Origin: Alphaproteobacteria bacterium
Lineage (GTDB): Bacteria > Pseudomonadota > Alphaproteobacteria > GCA-2731375
DNA: 64,000 nucleotides
Assembly (NCBI GenBank): GCA_965225945.1
Contig: CBDDBZ010000036.1
Location: 256,001 to 320,000 of the forward strand
Reading direction: 5' to 3'
Shown: positions 1 through 10,028 of the stretch, in pieces
How the letters are laid out: the number at the start of each line of letters is the position of its first letter
Numbering within the stretch: the first letter of the stretch is position 1
Translations under genes and position numbers: made by a program
The notes under the pieces: generated by a model
What the model was told of the DNA's origin: nothing
Databases searched by the model: none
Seen by the model: only the letters and a program-made list of their open reading frames with translations

Positions 1-294
1 ATCCGCGAGCTACACCGCCTCGCCGACGGCGCGCTCGCCGGCGAGGCGGCGTCGGCGGCCGCGCTCGAGGCGGGCGCGGGGCTCCTGGGCTTGCTCGGGG
101 CCGGGGCGGAGGACTGGTTCCGGGGTGGTGGCGACGGCCTCGACGCGGGGCGAATCGAGGCCAGGATCGAGGCCCGCCGGGCGGCCCGCGCCCAGCGCGA
201 CTTCGCCACCGCCGACCAAATTCGCGACGCGCTGGCGGCGGACGGCATTGTTTTGGAAGACGGGCCCCAGGGCACGACATGGCGGCGGGCATGA
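1..294 (+). CDS. cysS: Cysteinyl-tRNA synthetase, C-terminal part (5' end outside window)
   Basis: Open frame from base 1 ending ...[43 protein letters not shown], the typical CysRS C-terminus. Confidence 0.92.
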   Translation: MRELHRLADGALAGEAASAAALEAGAGLLGLLGAGAEDWFRGGGDGLDAGRIEARIEARRAARAQRDFATADQIRDALAADGIVLEDGPQGTTWRRA

Positions 295-368
295 CGAGCC
301 CTAAGGAACGGATCTACCTCTTCGACACCACGCTCCGCGACGGCGCGCAGACCTCGGCCCTGGCTTGA
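291..368 (+). pseudogene. cimA: Truncated citramalate synthase (DRE-TIM family) N-terminus
   Basis: ATGA overlap with the cysS stop; reads [25 protein letters not shown]; the DTTLRDG motif is followed almost at once by a stop. Confidence 0.8.
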
Positions 369-375
369 AGTCGGG

Positions 376-1248
376 TCAGACGTAACTCCCGAGAGGCTGG
401 ATATGCCGCTCGGGCGGCATCCGCACCGTCGCGCGCTTCAAGAGCCGGTTGTGCGTCGGATCGAACGGCTCGCGGCGATGCAGCATCACCGCGTTGTCCC
501 AGACCACGAGATCGCCCATGCGCCAAACATGGGCGTGGACGAAGCCGGGAGCGACCGCGAGCGCCGCCAGTTCCGCCAGCAAGGCCGCGCTCTCCGCCGC
601 CTCCAGACCCTCGACCGCGACCGCCGTGGTGGGATCGAGGTAGAGTGCCTTGCGGCCGGTCTTGGGATGCGTGTGGACCAGCGGGTGGCGCACCTCCGGC
701 GCCATCTCGGCGATCTCCGCCGCGCTCGGCTGCTCGCCCTCGTAGGTCGCGACGCGCTTGGCGTAGCTGTAAACGACATAGAGCCCCTCGAGGCGATTTC
801 GCCTCGCCTCGGACAAGGCTTCGAAGGCGAGATAGAGGTTGGCGAAGTAGGTCGGCGTGCCGTTCGGCGGGATTTCCACGCCGTAGAGAAACGAACCCGT
901 GGCGGGCGCCGGCATGTAGGACTGGTCCGAATGCCAGTCGATCTCGCCGCTGCCGAGGCCGCCCAGCGGCCGGCCGTCGGCGCCGAGCAGGTTGGTGATG
1001 TAGGTGATCTCCGGCCGGTGGCGGCTGGCCCAGTCGTCACGCACGATCCGGTCGGGCTCGCCGAAGCGCGTCGCGAAGGCAACCAGTTGCTCTTCCGTCA
1101 GGAACCGGCGGCGGAAGATCACCAGACCGTGGTGGTCGAGCGCCTCGCGCAATGCCTCGATCGTCGCCTCGTCGAGCCTCTCCTCCAGCGCGAGGCCTTC
1201 GACCTCGGCCGCGAAACTGCCCTCGATGTCACGAATATGCCATTCCAT
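376..1248 (-). CDS. TauD/TfdA family Fe(II)/2-oxoglutarate dioxygenase
   Basis: WHSDQSY (HxD) and WDNAVMLHRR motifs; probable ATG at 1248. Confidence 0.9.
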   Translation of the reverse strand: MEWHIRDIEGSFAAEVEGLALEERLDEATIEALREALDHHGLVIFRRRFLTEEQLVAFATRFGEPDRIVRDDWASRHRPEITYITNLLGADGRPLGGLGSGEIDWHSDQSYMPAPATGSFLYGVEIPPNGTPTYFANLYLAFEALSEARRNRLEGLYVVYSYAKRVATYEGEQPSAAEIAEMAPEVRHPLVHTHPKTGRKALYLDPTTAVAVEGLEAAESAALLAELAALAVAPGFVHAHVWRMGDLVVWDNAVMLHRREPFDPTHNRLLKRATVRMPPERHIQPLGSYV

Positions 1249-1381
1249 GCGACCTCGCCTCCTCGGTCCGGATATCGACGGTCCAGCCACATTGTATCGA
1301 TGGCTGTGGGCCGCGAGGCAAGCGTCGACGACATGCCGATCGAGATCGGACGTCGTCGATGCCGTCCTGGAAAGCCGATTA

Positions 1382-1594
1382 CTAGCTGCTGTACGCGTTG
1401 GTGAACGTGGTTCGAACGTGATTGAACAGGCCCTCGAGCGCGTCGCCCATCGCGAACACCGCGATCAAAATCAGCAAGCTCAAACCGGAGAGAATGAGGC
1501 CGTATTCCACCGCGGTCGCGCCCGAGTCGTCATGACGCAGCTCGGCGAAGCGCCGCCGAAACCGTTTGCCGAAATTGCACGCCGAGACCACAGT
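1382..1594 (-). pseudogene. Flp/Fap type IVb pilin, separated from its 5' end by IS4 (5' codons at 2834-2857)
   Basis: DDSGATAVEYGLIL prepilin cleavage/Flp motif followed by a hydrophobic helix. Confidence 0.85.
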
Positions 1595-1616
1595 AATTGC
1601 ACGCCGAGACCACAGT
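1573..1616. repeat. 22-bp tandem duplication spanning the IS4 junction
   Basis: aattgcacgccgagaccacagt x2 (1573-1594, 1595-1616). Confidence 0.9.
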
Positions 1617-2833
1617 ACACGACTCGTTCATGCTGGCTTTGGCCTGGGCACCTGGACTGGTGGTTTTCCGGGGACGAGGAAACGAATCAGCTCAATGGCT
1701 TGACGCCTGTCGATAGGATTGACGAGCTGTCGCCTTATCCACTCGAAACCGTATCGGAAGATGGATTTTGCCATCCTTTTGTGGGTTTTGAGGCGGATCG
1801 GCTCGGCCTCGTGGAGCCAATCGCCGACTTTGTGCGCCCAGCAGAAGGTGATGGAAAGGACGGCGGTGAGCTTGGAGATGCGCTCCGGGTCGGTCATGTG
1901 GGTGTCTTCGAGGTTGAAGCCACGGGTTTTCAAGGCGGCGAAGAGGGTCTCGATTTGCCAGCGCTGGGCGTAGATGGCCAAGGCCTCCTCGGGCGCGTCG
2001 TTGGTCACGACGATCAACAGTTCGCCGGTCTTGAGATGGAGCGCGGCGACGAAGACGGGCCTGGCCTTGGGTTTTCTGGCCTCCGAGAGGCGCCTGGCGT
2101 TGGAGAGGATGCGGCTTTCCCCGGGTTTGAGGTCGCGAAACAGCTCCCTCGCCTTGACCATGCGACCACGCGTGTTGGCGATCTTGATGTTGGATCGGAT
2201 GCGGATGTGAAAGGGGATGGCCTTTTCCTGCAACCATGCCAGCCAGGCGTCGCCGATGAATTCCCGGTCGGCCAGGAGGCTGGCGATCTTGTCGACCCCG
2301 AAGAGCCGGAGGACGTGTTCGAGGATCGCGATCCGCTCCTTGGTATTGGAATTGCCCGCCTTGTCGAGCACCCGCCAGCACACGGGAATGGCGATGGCGC
2401 GGTTGACGATGCCGATCATCAAGATGTTGACGTCGCGGCGACCCAGCCGCCAGTTGGTCCGGTCCATGGTCAGCCGCCACGGCCCCGCCTGGAGCCCCAT
2501 CATCGCGACCAGGAACTCGGCGAGGCGATCGTAATCGAAATCGACTTGCTCGAAAAACCGTTGCAGGCGCCGATAGTTGGAGCTGGATCGCGCGCGCCCC
2601 GGAAAGTGGCAGGCCAAGTGAGAGAGGTTCACCGTCCGGGCGACGAACACGCCGAAGACCAAGACGCAAAGGCTCTCCAGACGGCTCTTGCGAAAGGCGA
2701 AGCCGCATCGTAGCGTCTCACGCAGGGCGTTGATCGGGTTATCTCGCATGATTTCCCTCTTGACTCGTCGTGGAGTGAATCGGGAATCCTACAACCTTTT
2801 CAACGTCCTACGTAAATGCCGTCGTGTACCATG
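1611..2833 (-). mobile_element. IS4-family insertion sequence
   Basis: Terminal IRs cacagtacacgac (1611-1623) / gtcgtgtaccatg (2821-2833), 11/13 match; 9-bp target duplication cgccgagac at 1602-1610 and 2834-2842. Confidence 0.88.
1628..2749 (-). CDS. IS4-family DDE transposase
   Basis: MDRTNW, ADREF and YAQRWQIETLFAALK (YREK) motifs. Confidence 0.93.
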   Translation of the reverse strand: MRDNPINALRETLRCGFAFRKSRLESLCVLVFGVFVARTVNLSHLACHFPGRARSSSNYRRLQRFFEQVDFDYDRLAEFLVAMMGLQAGPWRLTMDRTNWRLGRRDVNILMIGIVNRAIAIPVCWRVLDKAGNSNTKERIAILEHVLRLFGVDKIASLLADREFIGDAWLAWLQEKAIPFHIRIRSNIKIANTRGRMVKARELFRDLKPGESRILSNARRLSEARKPKARPVFVAALHLKTGELLIVVTNDAPEEALAIYAQRWQIETLFAALKTRGFNLEDTHMTDPERISKLTAVLSITFCWAHKVGDWLHEAEPIRLKTHKRMAKSIFRYGFEWIRRQLVNPIDRRQAIELIRFLVPGKPPVQVPRPKPA

Positions 2834-3285
2834 CGCCGAGACATAAACATCACGCATTGGGGGCTACCCCGACTGGTGAACCACGACACAAGCAGCAGCT
2901 ACAGCGTCTCGGGTCGACCAGGCACGGCCCCGCGCGCCCGAGATCAAATTTGTTGGCCGGTCGAGCCTTGCGATGTCGACCTGATCGCGACGCAAACGAC
3001 CGCGCCCAGAGGTTTTCGACCGGCATTCAGCAGACCTCAATTTGAGGAGGATCGTCTCAAAATCAATACTTGCCGCAGGGGAATTGCTTGAAATCCTAAA
3101 AGCGATTCCCCTCGCCGGTTCAATCCGTTTGGAAAAAATTGCTCTATTCCTTCGAGTTGGTCGAGCAGATTCAACCGTAGATTATATTTTCTAAAACTGT
3201 TTCAATTGGACGGATGGCACTCTAGCGGGATTCCGCCGGCCTCGAAGGCGGAGAGTGCCGCACCGGGGACTTTCGAGTCCGACTC

Positions 3286-3468
3286 TCACAGGCTCAAATC
3301 GACCCGGCGGCCGACGGGCCGTCGATCCGAGTCTTTGTCCTCGCCCCGCTTTTTCCCCTCGCCATCCTCCGCGCGCGGGCGGGTCGCCTCCACCTCGCGG
3401 ACGACGCGGCGGCGGGTCTTCGGCTGAAAGCGGAGCCGATCGCTGATACGCGTGATGCCGTCGAACAT
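3286..3468 (-). CDS. Small hypothetical protein (60 aa)
   Basis: ATG with a purine-rich RBS-like stretch (gagggaagga) upstream; no recognisable domain. Confidence 0.45.
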   Translation of the reverse strand: MFDGITRISDRLRFQPKTRRRVVREVEATRPRAEDGEGKKRGEDKDSDRRPVGRRVDLSL

Positions 3469-3836
3469 GGGACCGTCCTTCCCTCGTGGATGGGCCCTCG
3501 TGGTTTAGAAGGTACGCGCCTCGGCGGTTCGCCGAAATCGACTTGTCATAATACTGGCGCACGGCGGTTAACGAATCGTCAACGACAAGTCGGGCGCGCC
3601 GAAGCGCCTATTCGGCGGCGGGCGCACCACGGCGCGCGGCATCCGCCCAATGTCACCAGGCATTCCTCCCTGCGGTCGTGGATGTCGAGAAAGGGCGGGG
3701 CATGGCAAAGCCGGCCGGCGCGCCCTTGCCGGATGGGCCCCGGGGGCGCCAACATGGAGCCCCGCCGGGGCTTCGCCCGGCATGAGCAAAAAAATGGCCG
3801 GCCGTCGGCCCGGCATCGCCCGAGATCGAGATCACG

Positions 3837-4886
3837 ATGCACTTCGGCATGTTCATGGAGTTCGGGTTTCGCGGCGCCGGCGGGGCGAGCGAGGCGTTTC
3901 GCGAGGGCTTCGATCTCGTCGACGCGGCGGAGGCCTGGGGCCTCGACTGCGCCTGGCTCTCCGAATTCCACTTCATGCCCGAGCGCTCGGTGCTGTCCTC
4001 GCCGATCCTGACGGCGACGGCGATGGCCGCGCGCACCAAGCGCATCCGCGTCGGCATCGCCGTCTATGTGCTGCCGCTCGCCGGCAGTCCGCTCCGCGTG
4101 GCGGAGGAGGTGGCGACGCTCGATCGGATCAGCGAGGGCCGGCTCGACTTCGGCGTCGGCCGCAGCGGCTTCCTCGGCTCCTACCGGAGCTACGGGATCG
4201 ACTACCAGGAGAGCGAGGGACGCTTCGACGAGGCCTTGGAGATCTTGCGCCTCGCCTGGCGGGGTGGGCGCTTCAGCTACCTTGGCCGCTATTACCAGGT
4301 CGAGGAGGCCGAGGTGGTGCCGACGCCGGTGCAGCGGCCGCATCCGCCGCTGCGGATGGCCGCGACCTCGGCGGGCACGTTCGAGAAGGTGGCGCGCCAG
4401 GGCCTTCCCGTCTTCGTCGGCTTGCGCGGCGACGACCTGACGGTGCTCGCCCGGAGCCTGGACCGCTACCGCGCGGCCTGGCGCGAGGCGGGGCATCCGG
4501 GCGAGGGCAGCATCTACCTCAGGGTGCCGGCCTATGTCGGCGCGGACGAGCGCGCGGCCCACGACGAGCCCAAGGCCTGCATCCTGCATTATTTCGAGCG
4601 CCAGGCGCGCTTGCTGCTGGAGCAGGGGGCCAAGGGCGGCGCCGGCGCCGGCGGGCGGGAGAAGGTGGCGAGAGCACTCGCCGCGCTCGGCTACGACGAG
4701 ATCCGGGCGAGCCGGGTCACCTTCGGCTCCCCGGCCCAGGTGATCGACCGCGTGTCCGAATGGCGCGAGGTGCTGGGCATCGACGGCGTGGTTCTGGAGA
4801 TGAACGCCGGCGGCCTGCTGAGCGAGGCGCAGGTAAAGCAGAGTCTCCGCCGGCTCACCCACGAGGTGATGCCGGCCTTCAAGTAG
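3837..4886 (+). CDS. LLM-class (luciferase-like) flavin-dependent oxidoreductase
   Basis: AWLSEFHF and PLRVAEEVATLDRISEGRLDFGVGRS motifs. Confidence 0.92.
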   Translation: MHFGMFMEFGFRGAGGASEAFREGFDLVDAAEAWGLDCAWLSEFHFMPERSVLSSPILTATAMAARTKRIRVGIAVYVLPLAGSPLRVAEEVATLDRISEGRLDFGVGRSGFLGSYRSYGIDYQESEGRFDEALEILRLAWRGGRFSYLGRYYQVEEAEVVPTPVQRPHPPLRMAATSAGTFEKVARQGLPVFVGLRGDDLTVLARSLDRYRAAWREAGHPGEGSIYLRVPAYVGADERAAHDEPKACILHYFERQARLLLEQGAKGGAGAGGREKVARALAALGYDEIRASRVTFGSPAQVIDRVSEWREVLGIDGVVLEMNAGGLLSEAQVKQSLRRLTHEVMPAFK

Positions 4887-4988
4887 CCTATCGCGGCGCT
4901 AATTGGCCTTCCGCGACCGCCGGGGCTACACTCGGACCCGGCACATGGGACGCGCCGTATCGCCGCGGCGCCACGAGGGAGAGCAGTC

Positions 4989-5438
4989 ATGGCGGTCAAT
5001 GGTATTGATCATTACAACATTGCCTGCGCCGATCTGGATGTATCGCGCAAATTCTACGACAAGGTTCTCGACATGAAGGAGGGCTCCCGCCCGCCCTTCG
5101 ATACGCCGGGCGCCTGGCTCTATGCCGGCGGTCATCCCATTCTGCACCTCTCGCCCCGCAAGATGCGACCGACCAAGACCACGGGCCGCTTCGATCACAT
5201 TGCCTTGTTCGCGGAGGACCTGCCGGGCGTGCTGCGAAAAATGAAACGACTGAAGATCGAGCATGCGGTTCGTGTCATTCCCGAAATGAAAGGCAATGCG
5301 GCCTCGGGCGGGCGGCAGGTCTTTCTCTGGGATCCCGACGGGGTGAAGATCGAGCTGAACTTCGCCGCGCACGAGCGTCTGCCGCGCGGCACCAAGCTCG
5401 CCGACCGCGTGCCTCAAGGCGTTTCCGACCTCGGATAG
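4989..5438 (+). CDS. VOC/glyoxalase family protein
   Basis: GIDHYNI, FDHIAL, FLWDPDGVKIELN. Confidence 0.88.
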   Translation: MAVNGIDHYNIACADLDVSRKFYDKVLDMKEGSRPPFDTPGAWLYAGGHPILHLSPRKMRPTKTTGRFDHIALFAEDLPGVLRKMKRLKIEHAVRVIPEMKGNAASGGRQVFLWDPDGVKIELNFAAHERLPRGTKLADRVPQGVSDLG

Positions 5439-5466
5439 CGTTCCACCGGCGTCGCGAGGCCTCGTG

Positions 5467-6978
5467 ATGGCGAGGCATGTCCTGCGCGTGCACCCGGCGG
5501 GCGAGACCACGCCGAGGACCGATCAGCTCGCCTGGAAGCTGGCGGAAATCGCCGCCGACGACGCGCGCGTGGACGAGGCGGCGGCGGCGATGGCGATCAA
5601 CCGGATCGTCGACAACGCCGGCGTCGCCGTGGCCGCGCTGGCCCGCCGCCCGGTGGCCAACGCGCGGGCGCAGGCCCTCGCCCATCCCCACCCCCACGGC
5701 GCCACGGTCCTGGGTCTGCCGGCGGGCGAGCGGGTCGCTTGTGAGTGGGCCGCCTGGGCCAACGCCACGGCGGTGCGCGAGCTCGATTTTCACGACACCT
5801 TCCTCGCCGCCGACATGAACCACCCCGGCGACATGATCCCGGCGCTGATCGCCGTGGCGCAGCAGCGCGGTCTCGCCGGCGCGGACCTGGTCGGCGCGAT
5901 CCTGACCGCCTACGAGGTCGACGTTTCGCTGACCAAGGCGATCTGTCTCAACAAGCATCGGATCGACCACATCACTCACCTGGCGGCCGGCACGGTCGCC
6001 GGCCTGGGCGATCTGCTGCGCCTGCCGGTTGGCGTCACCTATCAGGCGATCAACCACGCGGTCCACGTCTCGATCACCACGCGGCAGTCGCGCTAGGGCG
6101 AGATCTCCACTTGGAAGGCCTATGCGCCGGCCCACGTCGCCAAGCTGGCGATCGAGGCGGTCGATCGCGCCATGCGGGGCGAGAGCGGACCGGCGCCGAT
6201 CTACGAAGGCGACGACAGCATCGTCGCCTGGCTGCTGGCGGGGCCGGAGGCGGCTTACGAGATCGACTTGGCGGAGCCCGGGGCGCCGCGCCGCGCGATC
6301 CTGGAGACCTATACCAAGGCGCATTCGGCCGAGTATATGGCCCAGGCGCTGATCGATCTCGCCTGCCGCCTGCGCGGGCGGATCGAGGATGTGGGCGAAA
6401 TCGGCGAGGTGGTGATCCACACCAGCGATCACACCCACCGGATCATCGGCAACGGCGCCAACGATCCGCAGAAATACGATTCCAAGGCGAGCCGCGAGAC
6501 CCTGGACCACAGCGCGATGTACATCTTCGCCGTGGCGCTGGAGGACGGCGCCTGGCACCACGAGCGGAGCTACCTGCCGGCACGCGCGGCCCGCGCATTG
6601 CCGCTGTGGCGTCGGGTCCGGACCGTGGAGGACGAGGGCTGGACCCGGCGCTATCACGAGACCGACCCCGCCAAACGCGCCTTCGGCGCCCGCGCCGTGA
6701 TCACGCTTGGCGACGGCACGAGGATCGAGGACGAGATCGCGGTCGCCGACGCCCACCCGAACGGCGCCCACCCCTTCGGCCGGGACGATTACCTCGCCAA
6801 GTTCTGCGCGCTGGCCGAGCCCATCGTCGCGGTGGGCGAGGCCGAGCGGTTTCTCGAGTCGGTCGTGGGTTTGCGGGACATTCCGGGCGGCGGGCTCGGC
6901 GCGCTGGCGCTGGAGGTCGCGGCCGAGATCCGTGACCCAATGCCACCCCGACCGGGGCTCTTCGAGATCAGCGGCTGA
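5467..6978 (+). pseudogene. prpD: MmgE/PrpD family 2-methylcitrate dehydratase with an in-frame amber stop at 6094-6096
   Basis: VRELDFHDTFLAAD.NHPGD; [11 protein letters not shown], where homologues have QSRKGEISSWKA; the same frame continues to 6978. Confidence 0.85.
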
Positions 6979-7047
6979 GCGTCACCGTCTCCCCCATCGC
7001 GGCGCGAACGTGGTGAAGCGGGGCGGCACCCGGCGGGAAGGTGGGGC

Positions 7048-7115
7048 ATGTCGGGAGTCGGGGGTGAACGCTCCGCCGTGCCGAGGTAGCCGACACAGGC
7101 AGTCCTGGCCAAGAA
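7048..7115. repeat. 68-bp dispersed repeat, copy A (3' of cyclase gene 1)
   Basis: 62/68 identical to 11702-11769 by manual alignment. Confidence 0.92.
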
Positions 7116-7129
7116 CGGAAGTCACCGCG

Positions 7130-8893
7130 TCACTCCGGCAGGCCGGCTTTGCGGAGACCGTCGAGGATGTGATCGTTGTCCACATCGTTCCGAAATTCCC
7201 GCCACTGCGTCCACCTACTCACGAAATCGGGATTCACGCGATTACATTCATCCAGCGCTTCACTCGCCTCCCTCGACTTGCCCAGGTGGCCAAGGCTCGA
7301 GGCCAGAAAGAGGTGTGCCCGGGCATGATTCGGGTCTCGATTTATGGCCCTACGCGCCCATTCCTCCGCCGATTGATAATCCCTGCTGTTGAGATACGCA
7401 CGCGCAACGATCGCCATCATGAAGTGGCTATGAACGTCGCGCGGGTTCAATCGGAGTTGTTGCTTTAGGTAGGGAATTCCGTCTTGCGGCCTACCTGCAA
7501 GGTTGAGGACATTGCCGAGCACGCCGATCGCCCAGGCATCGTTAGGATTGAGTTCGATGGCTCTTTCCGCCTCGGCAGTCGCGAGGTCGTGCTGGCCCGC
7601 CCAACGGTATGCAAACGACATCATCACGTGGGCATAAGAGTCCGTGTCGTCTAGTGCCACGCCTTGTCGGGCATGCTTCATGAGCTGGTCAATCAAGTTT
7701 TTGCGCGAGTCCGAGTAGGCGTAAAGGATGTCGAAATGATAGCTATATGCCAGTCCCGTATGCGTTTGGCTGTAGGTCGGGTCAAGCTCGATGGCGCGAC
7801 GGAACACATCTCGCGCCTCCTCCATATCTTCTTTCGTGAACTTGTAAAGCAGATACATGCCACGCTGGCAGTAGTCCCAGGCGTCAAGGCTCGTGGGATG
7901 CTTAGCGGCTAAACGCTTTTGCTCGAACCGGCCAAGCTCTGGTTCGACGGTTGCGGCGACCCGCTGCGTGATTTCATCCTGAAGCGCTAAAATGTCATCG
8001 AGCTCCCGGTCGAACCTCTCCGCCCAAACGTGGTGCCCCGTCTCTGCATCAATCAGCTGGACCGTCACCCGAATACGATTCCCCGCCTTTCGCACGCTGC
8101 CCTCGATGACGAAGCGTGCGCCCAATTCCTCACCAACTTTCCGGATGTCTGGTGACTGGCCTTTATAGGAGAAAGTCGAGTTGCGCGCGATCACGGGGAA
8201 AGATCGCCAAAGCGAAAGCGCCGTGATTATGTCCTCGGTTAAACCATCGGTGAAGTATTCTTGGTCTGGATCGCCGCTGAGGTTCTTTAATGGGAGAACC
8301 GCTACAGCGGGCCTTCGGAATATGGCATCGGGTTCCGCAGACGCATCCGATTTTCTCCGAACCCCGTCCAAACTCGCGCGAAAAACGTGCACGGGATCAG
8401 CAATGTTTTTGACCGATTGCTCGCCCAAATCGACGAAAACCACGTCCAGCTTGTTGCGAACGCTCTCGTGCACTGCCCCCGAGATGCAGATGCCGCCCGG
8501 CTCGGCCACGCCTTCCAGACGCGCCGCGACGTTGACGCCGTCGCCATGGATGTCGTCGCCCTCGATGATCACGTCGCCGAGATTGACGCCGATGTGAAAC
8601 TCCATGCGCCGGTCGTTTGGCTCATCAACGTTGCGTTCCGCCATGCCCTTCTGGATTTCGACGGCGCATTGGACGGCATCGGCGACGCTTGCGAATTCGA
8701 CCAGCAGGCCATCGCCCGTGGTCTTGACGATGCGGCCTCGGCCGCTCGCGATGGCAGGTTCGATCAGTTCGTCGAGATGGGCGTTGAACCGCGCGCGCGT
8801 GCCCACCTCATCCTCGCCCATGAGCCGGGAATACTCAGCCACATCGGCGGCCAAGATTGCTGCAAGTTTTCGTTCTACGCGCTCCTCGGCCAT
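7130..8893 (-). CDS. Class III adenylate/guanylate cyclase + TolB-like segment + TPR protein
   Basis: LAADVAEYS, KTTGDG, GDGVNVAARLE; AVLPLKNLSGDPDQEYF; C-terminal TPR repeats. Confidence 0.93.
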   Translation of the reverse strand: MAEERVERKLAAILAADVAEYSRLMGEDEVGTRARFNAHLDELIEPAIASGRGRIVKTTGDGLLVEFASVADAVQCAVEIQKGMAERNVDEPNDRRMEFHIGVNLGDVIIEGDDIHGDGVNVAARLEGVAEPGGICISGAVHESVRNKLDVVFVDLGEQSVKNIADPVHVFRASLDGVRRKSDASAEPDAIFRRPAVAVLPLKNLSGDPDQEYFTDGLTEDIITALSLWRSFPVIARNSTFSYKGQSPDIRKVGEELGARFVIEGSVRKAGNRIRVTVQLIDAETGHHVWAERFDRELDDILALQDEITQRVAATVEPELGRFEQKRLAAKHPTSLDAWDYCQRGMYLLYKFTKEDMEEARDVFRRAIELDPTYSQTHTGLAYSYHFDILYAYSDSRKNLIDQLMKHARQGVALDDTDSYAHVMMSFAYRWAGQHDLATAEAERAIELNPNDAWAIGVLGNVLNLAGRPQDGIPYLKQQLRLNPRDVHSHFMMAIVARAYLNSRDYQSAEEWARRAINRDPNHARAHLFLASSLGHLGKSREASEALDECNRVNPDFVSRWTQWREFRNDVDNDHILDGLRKAGLPE

Positions 8894-9109
8894 CTCGCCC
8901 GTTCCCTCCCAGACGCGCTTCGAGGCAAGAGATTACGTTCGCCGAGTGTGCGAGTCTATTGGGGCCGAATGTCGCCTGAGAGTCAACGAACGAAACCGCT
9001 TTCAGCGGTAGTTCGTGGTGCCGGGCGGTGAGGTCGGTGGCGTAACGGATGGGTCGATCCTGTGTTGAGGTTTGGAGTTCCGAAGCTCACGCAACACGGG
9101 AGCAGACCC

Positions 9110-10015
9110 ATGACCGATAGTGACAAGACCATCAGCCCGCTGCGCCAGCGCATGATCGACGACATGGTGCTTCGCGGCTTCAGTGCCAACACGCAGCGCG
9201 GCTACATCAGTGCGGTGGCCGGCTTTTCCGACTTTCTCGCACGCTCTCCGGATCGGGCGGAGGCGGAGGATCTCAGGCGCTATCAAGTGCATATGCGCAA
9301 AGCAGGCGCATCGGCGACGACGATGAACGCGGCGGTCTCGGCATTGCGGTTCTTCTTCGGCGTCACGCTCGGCCGAGGCGACGCCGAGATCGGCATGACG
9401 ACGGTGGCAATGCCGCGCAAGCTGCCGGTGATCCTGAGCGTCGAGGAAATGGCGCGGCTTCTCGATGCCGCCCCCGGTCCCAAATACAAGGCGGCCTTTT
9501 CGCTGGCCTATGGCGCCGGCCTGCGCGCTTCGGAGGTGGTCCATCTCAAGGTCCCGGACATCGACAGCAACCGCAAGACGCTTCGCATCGAGCAAGGTAA
9601 GGGCCGCCGAGATCGCTACGCCATGCTCTCGGATCGCGCCGTCGAGCAGCTCAGGGTCTGGTGGTTGCTTGGCCGCGCCCGCGGCGTGATGCTGCCCGGC
9701 GGTTGGCTGTTTCCAGGCCAGAACCCGGTCAACCCGTTGACCACCCGCCAGCTCCGTCGCGCCCTCGATGGCGCCAAGGCGGGGGCGGGGATCGAGAAGC
9801 GGATCTCGCTTCACACGCTGCGCCACTGCTTCGCCACCCATCTCCTCGAACAGGGCGTCGACATCCGCGTGATCCAGGTTCTACTGGGGCACAAGAAGCT
9901 GGAGACCACGGCTCACTACACCCAGGTCGCCAGCACCACCTTGCGGCGCGCCAAGAGCCCACTGGACCTGCTCGAGCCGCCGACGCCCAAGACCAAGCGC
10001 AAGCCGCCGAAGTGA
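9110..10015 (+). CDS. Site-specific tyrosine recombinase
   Basis: Catalytic set intact: YGAGLRASE (R), GKG (K), HTLRH (HxxR), LLGH, TTAHYT (Y). Confidence 0.95.
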   Translation: MTDSDKTISPLRQRMIDDMVLRGFSANTQRGYISAVAGFSDFLARSPDRAEAEDLRRYQVHMRKAGASATTMNAAVSALRFFFGVTLGRGDAEIGMTTVAMPRKLPVILSVEEMARLLDAAPGPKYKAAFSLAYGAGLRASEVVHLKVPDIDSNRKTLRIEQGKGRRDRYAMLSDRAVEQLRVWWLLGRARGVMLPGGWLFPGQNPVNPLTTRQLRRALDGAKAGAGIEKRISLHTLRHCFATHLLEQGVDIRVIQVLLGHKKLETTAHYTQVASTTLRRAKSPLDLLEPPTPKTKRKPPK

Positions 10016-10028
10016 GCCGGCGGCCTCG

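Noticed and set aside
3700-3820. GC-rich nested stems upstream of the LLM gene as a riboswitch
   Set aside because: No recognisable family motif; such pairing is expected at this GC content
6094-6096. Pyrrolysine recoding in prpD
   Set aside because: No pyl genes seen, TAG is used as a normal stop elsewhere, and one substitution explains it
9110-10015. Recombinase as a true integron integrase (IntI)
   Set aside because: The region between WLFP and HTLRH is short, without the IntI-specific insertion; no canonical attC array
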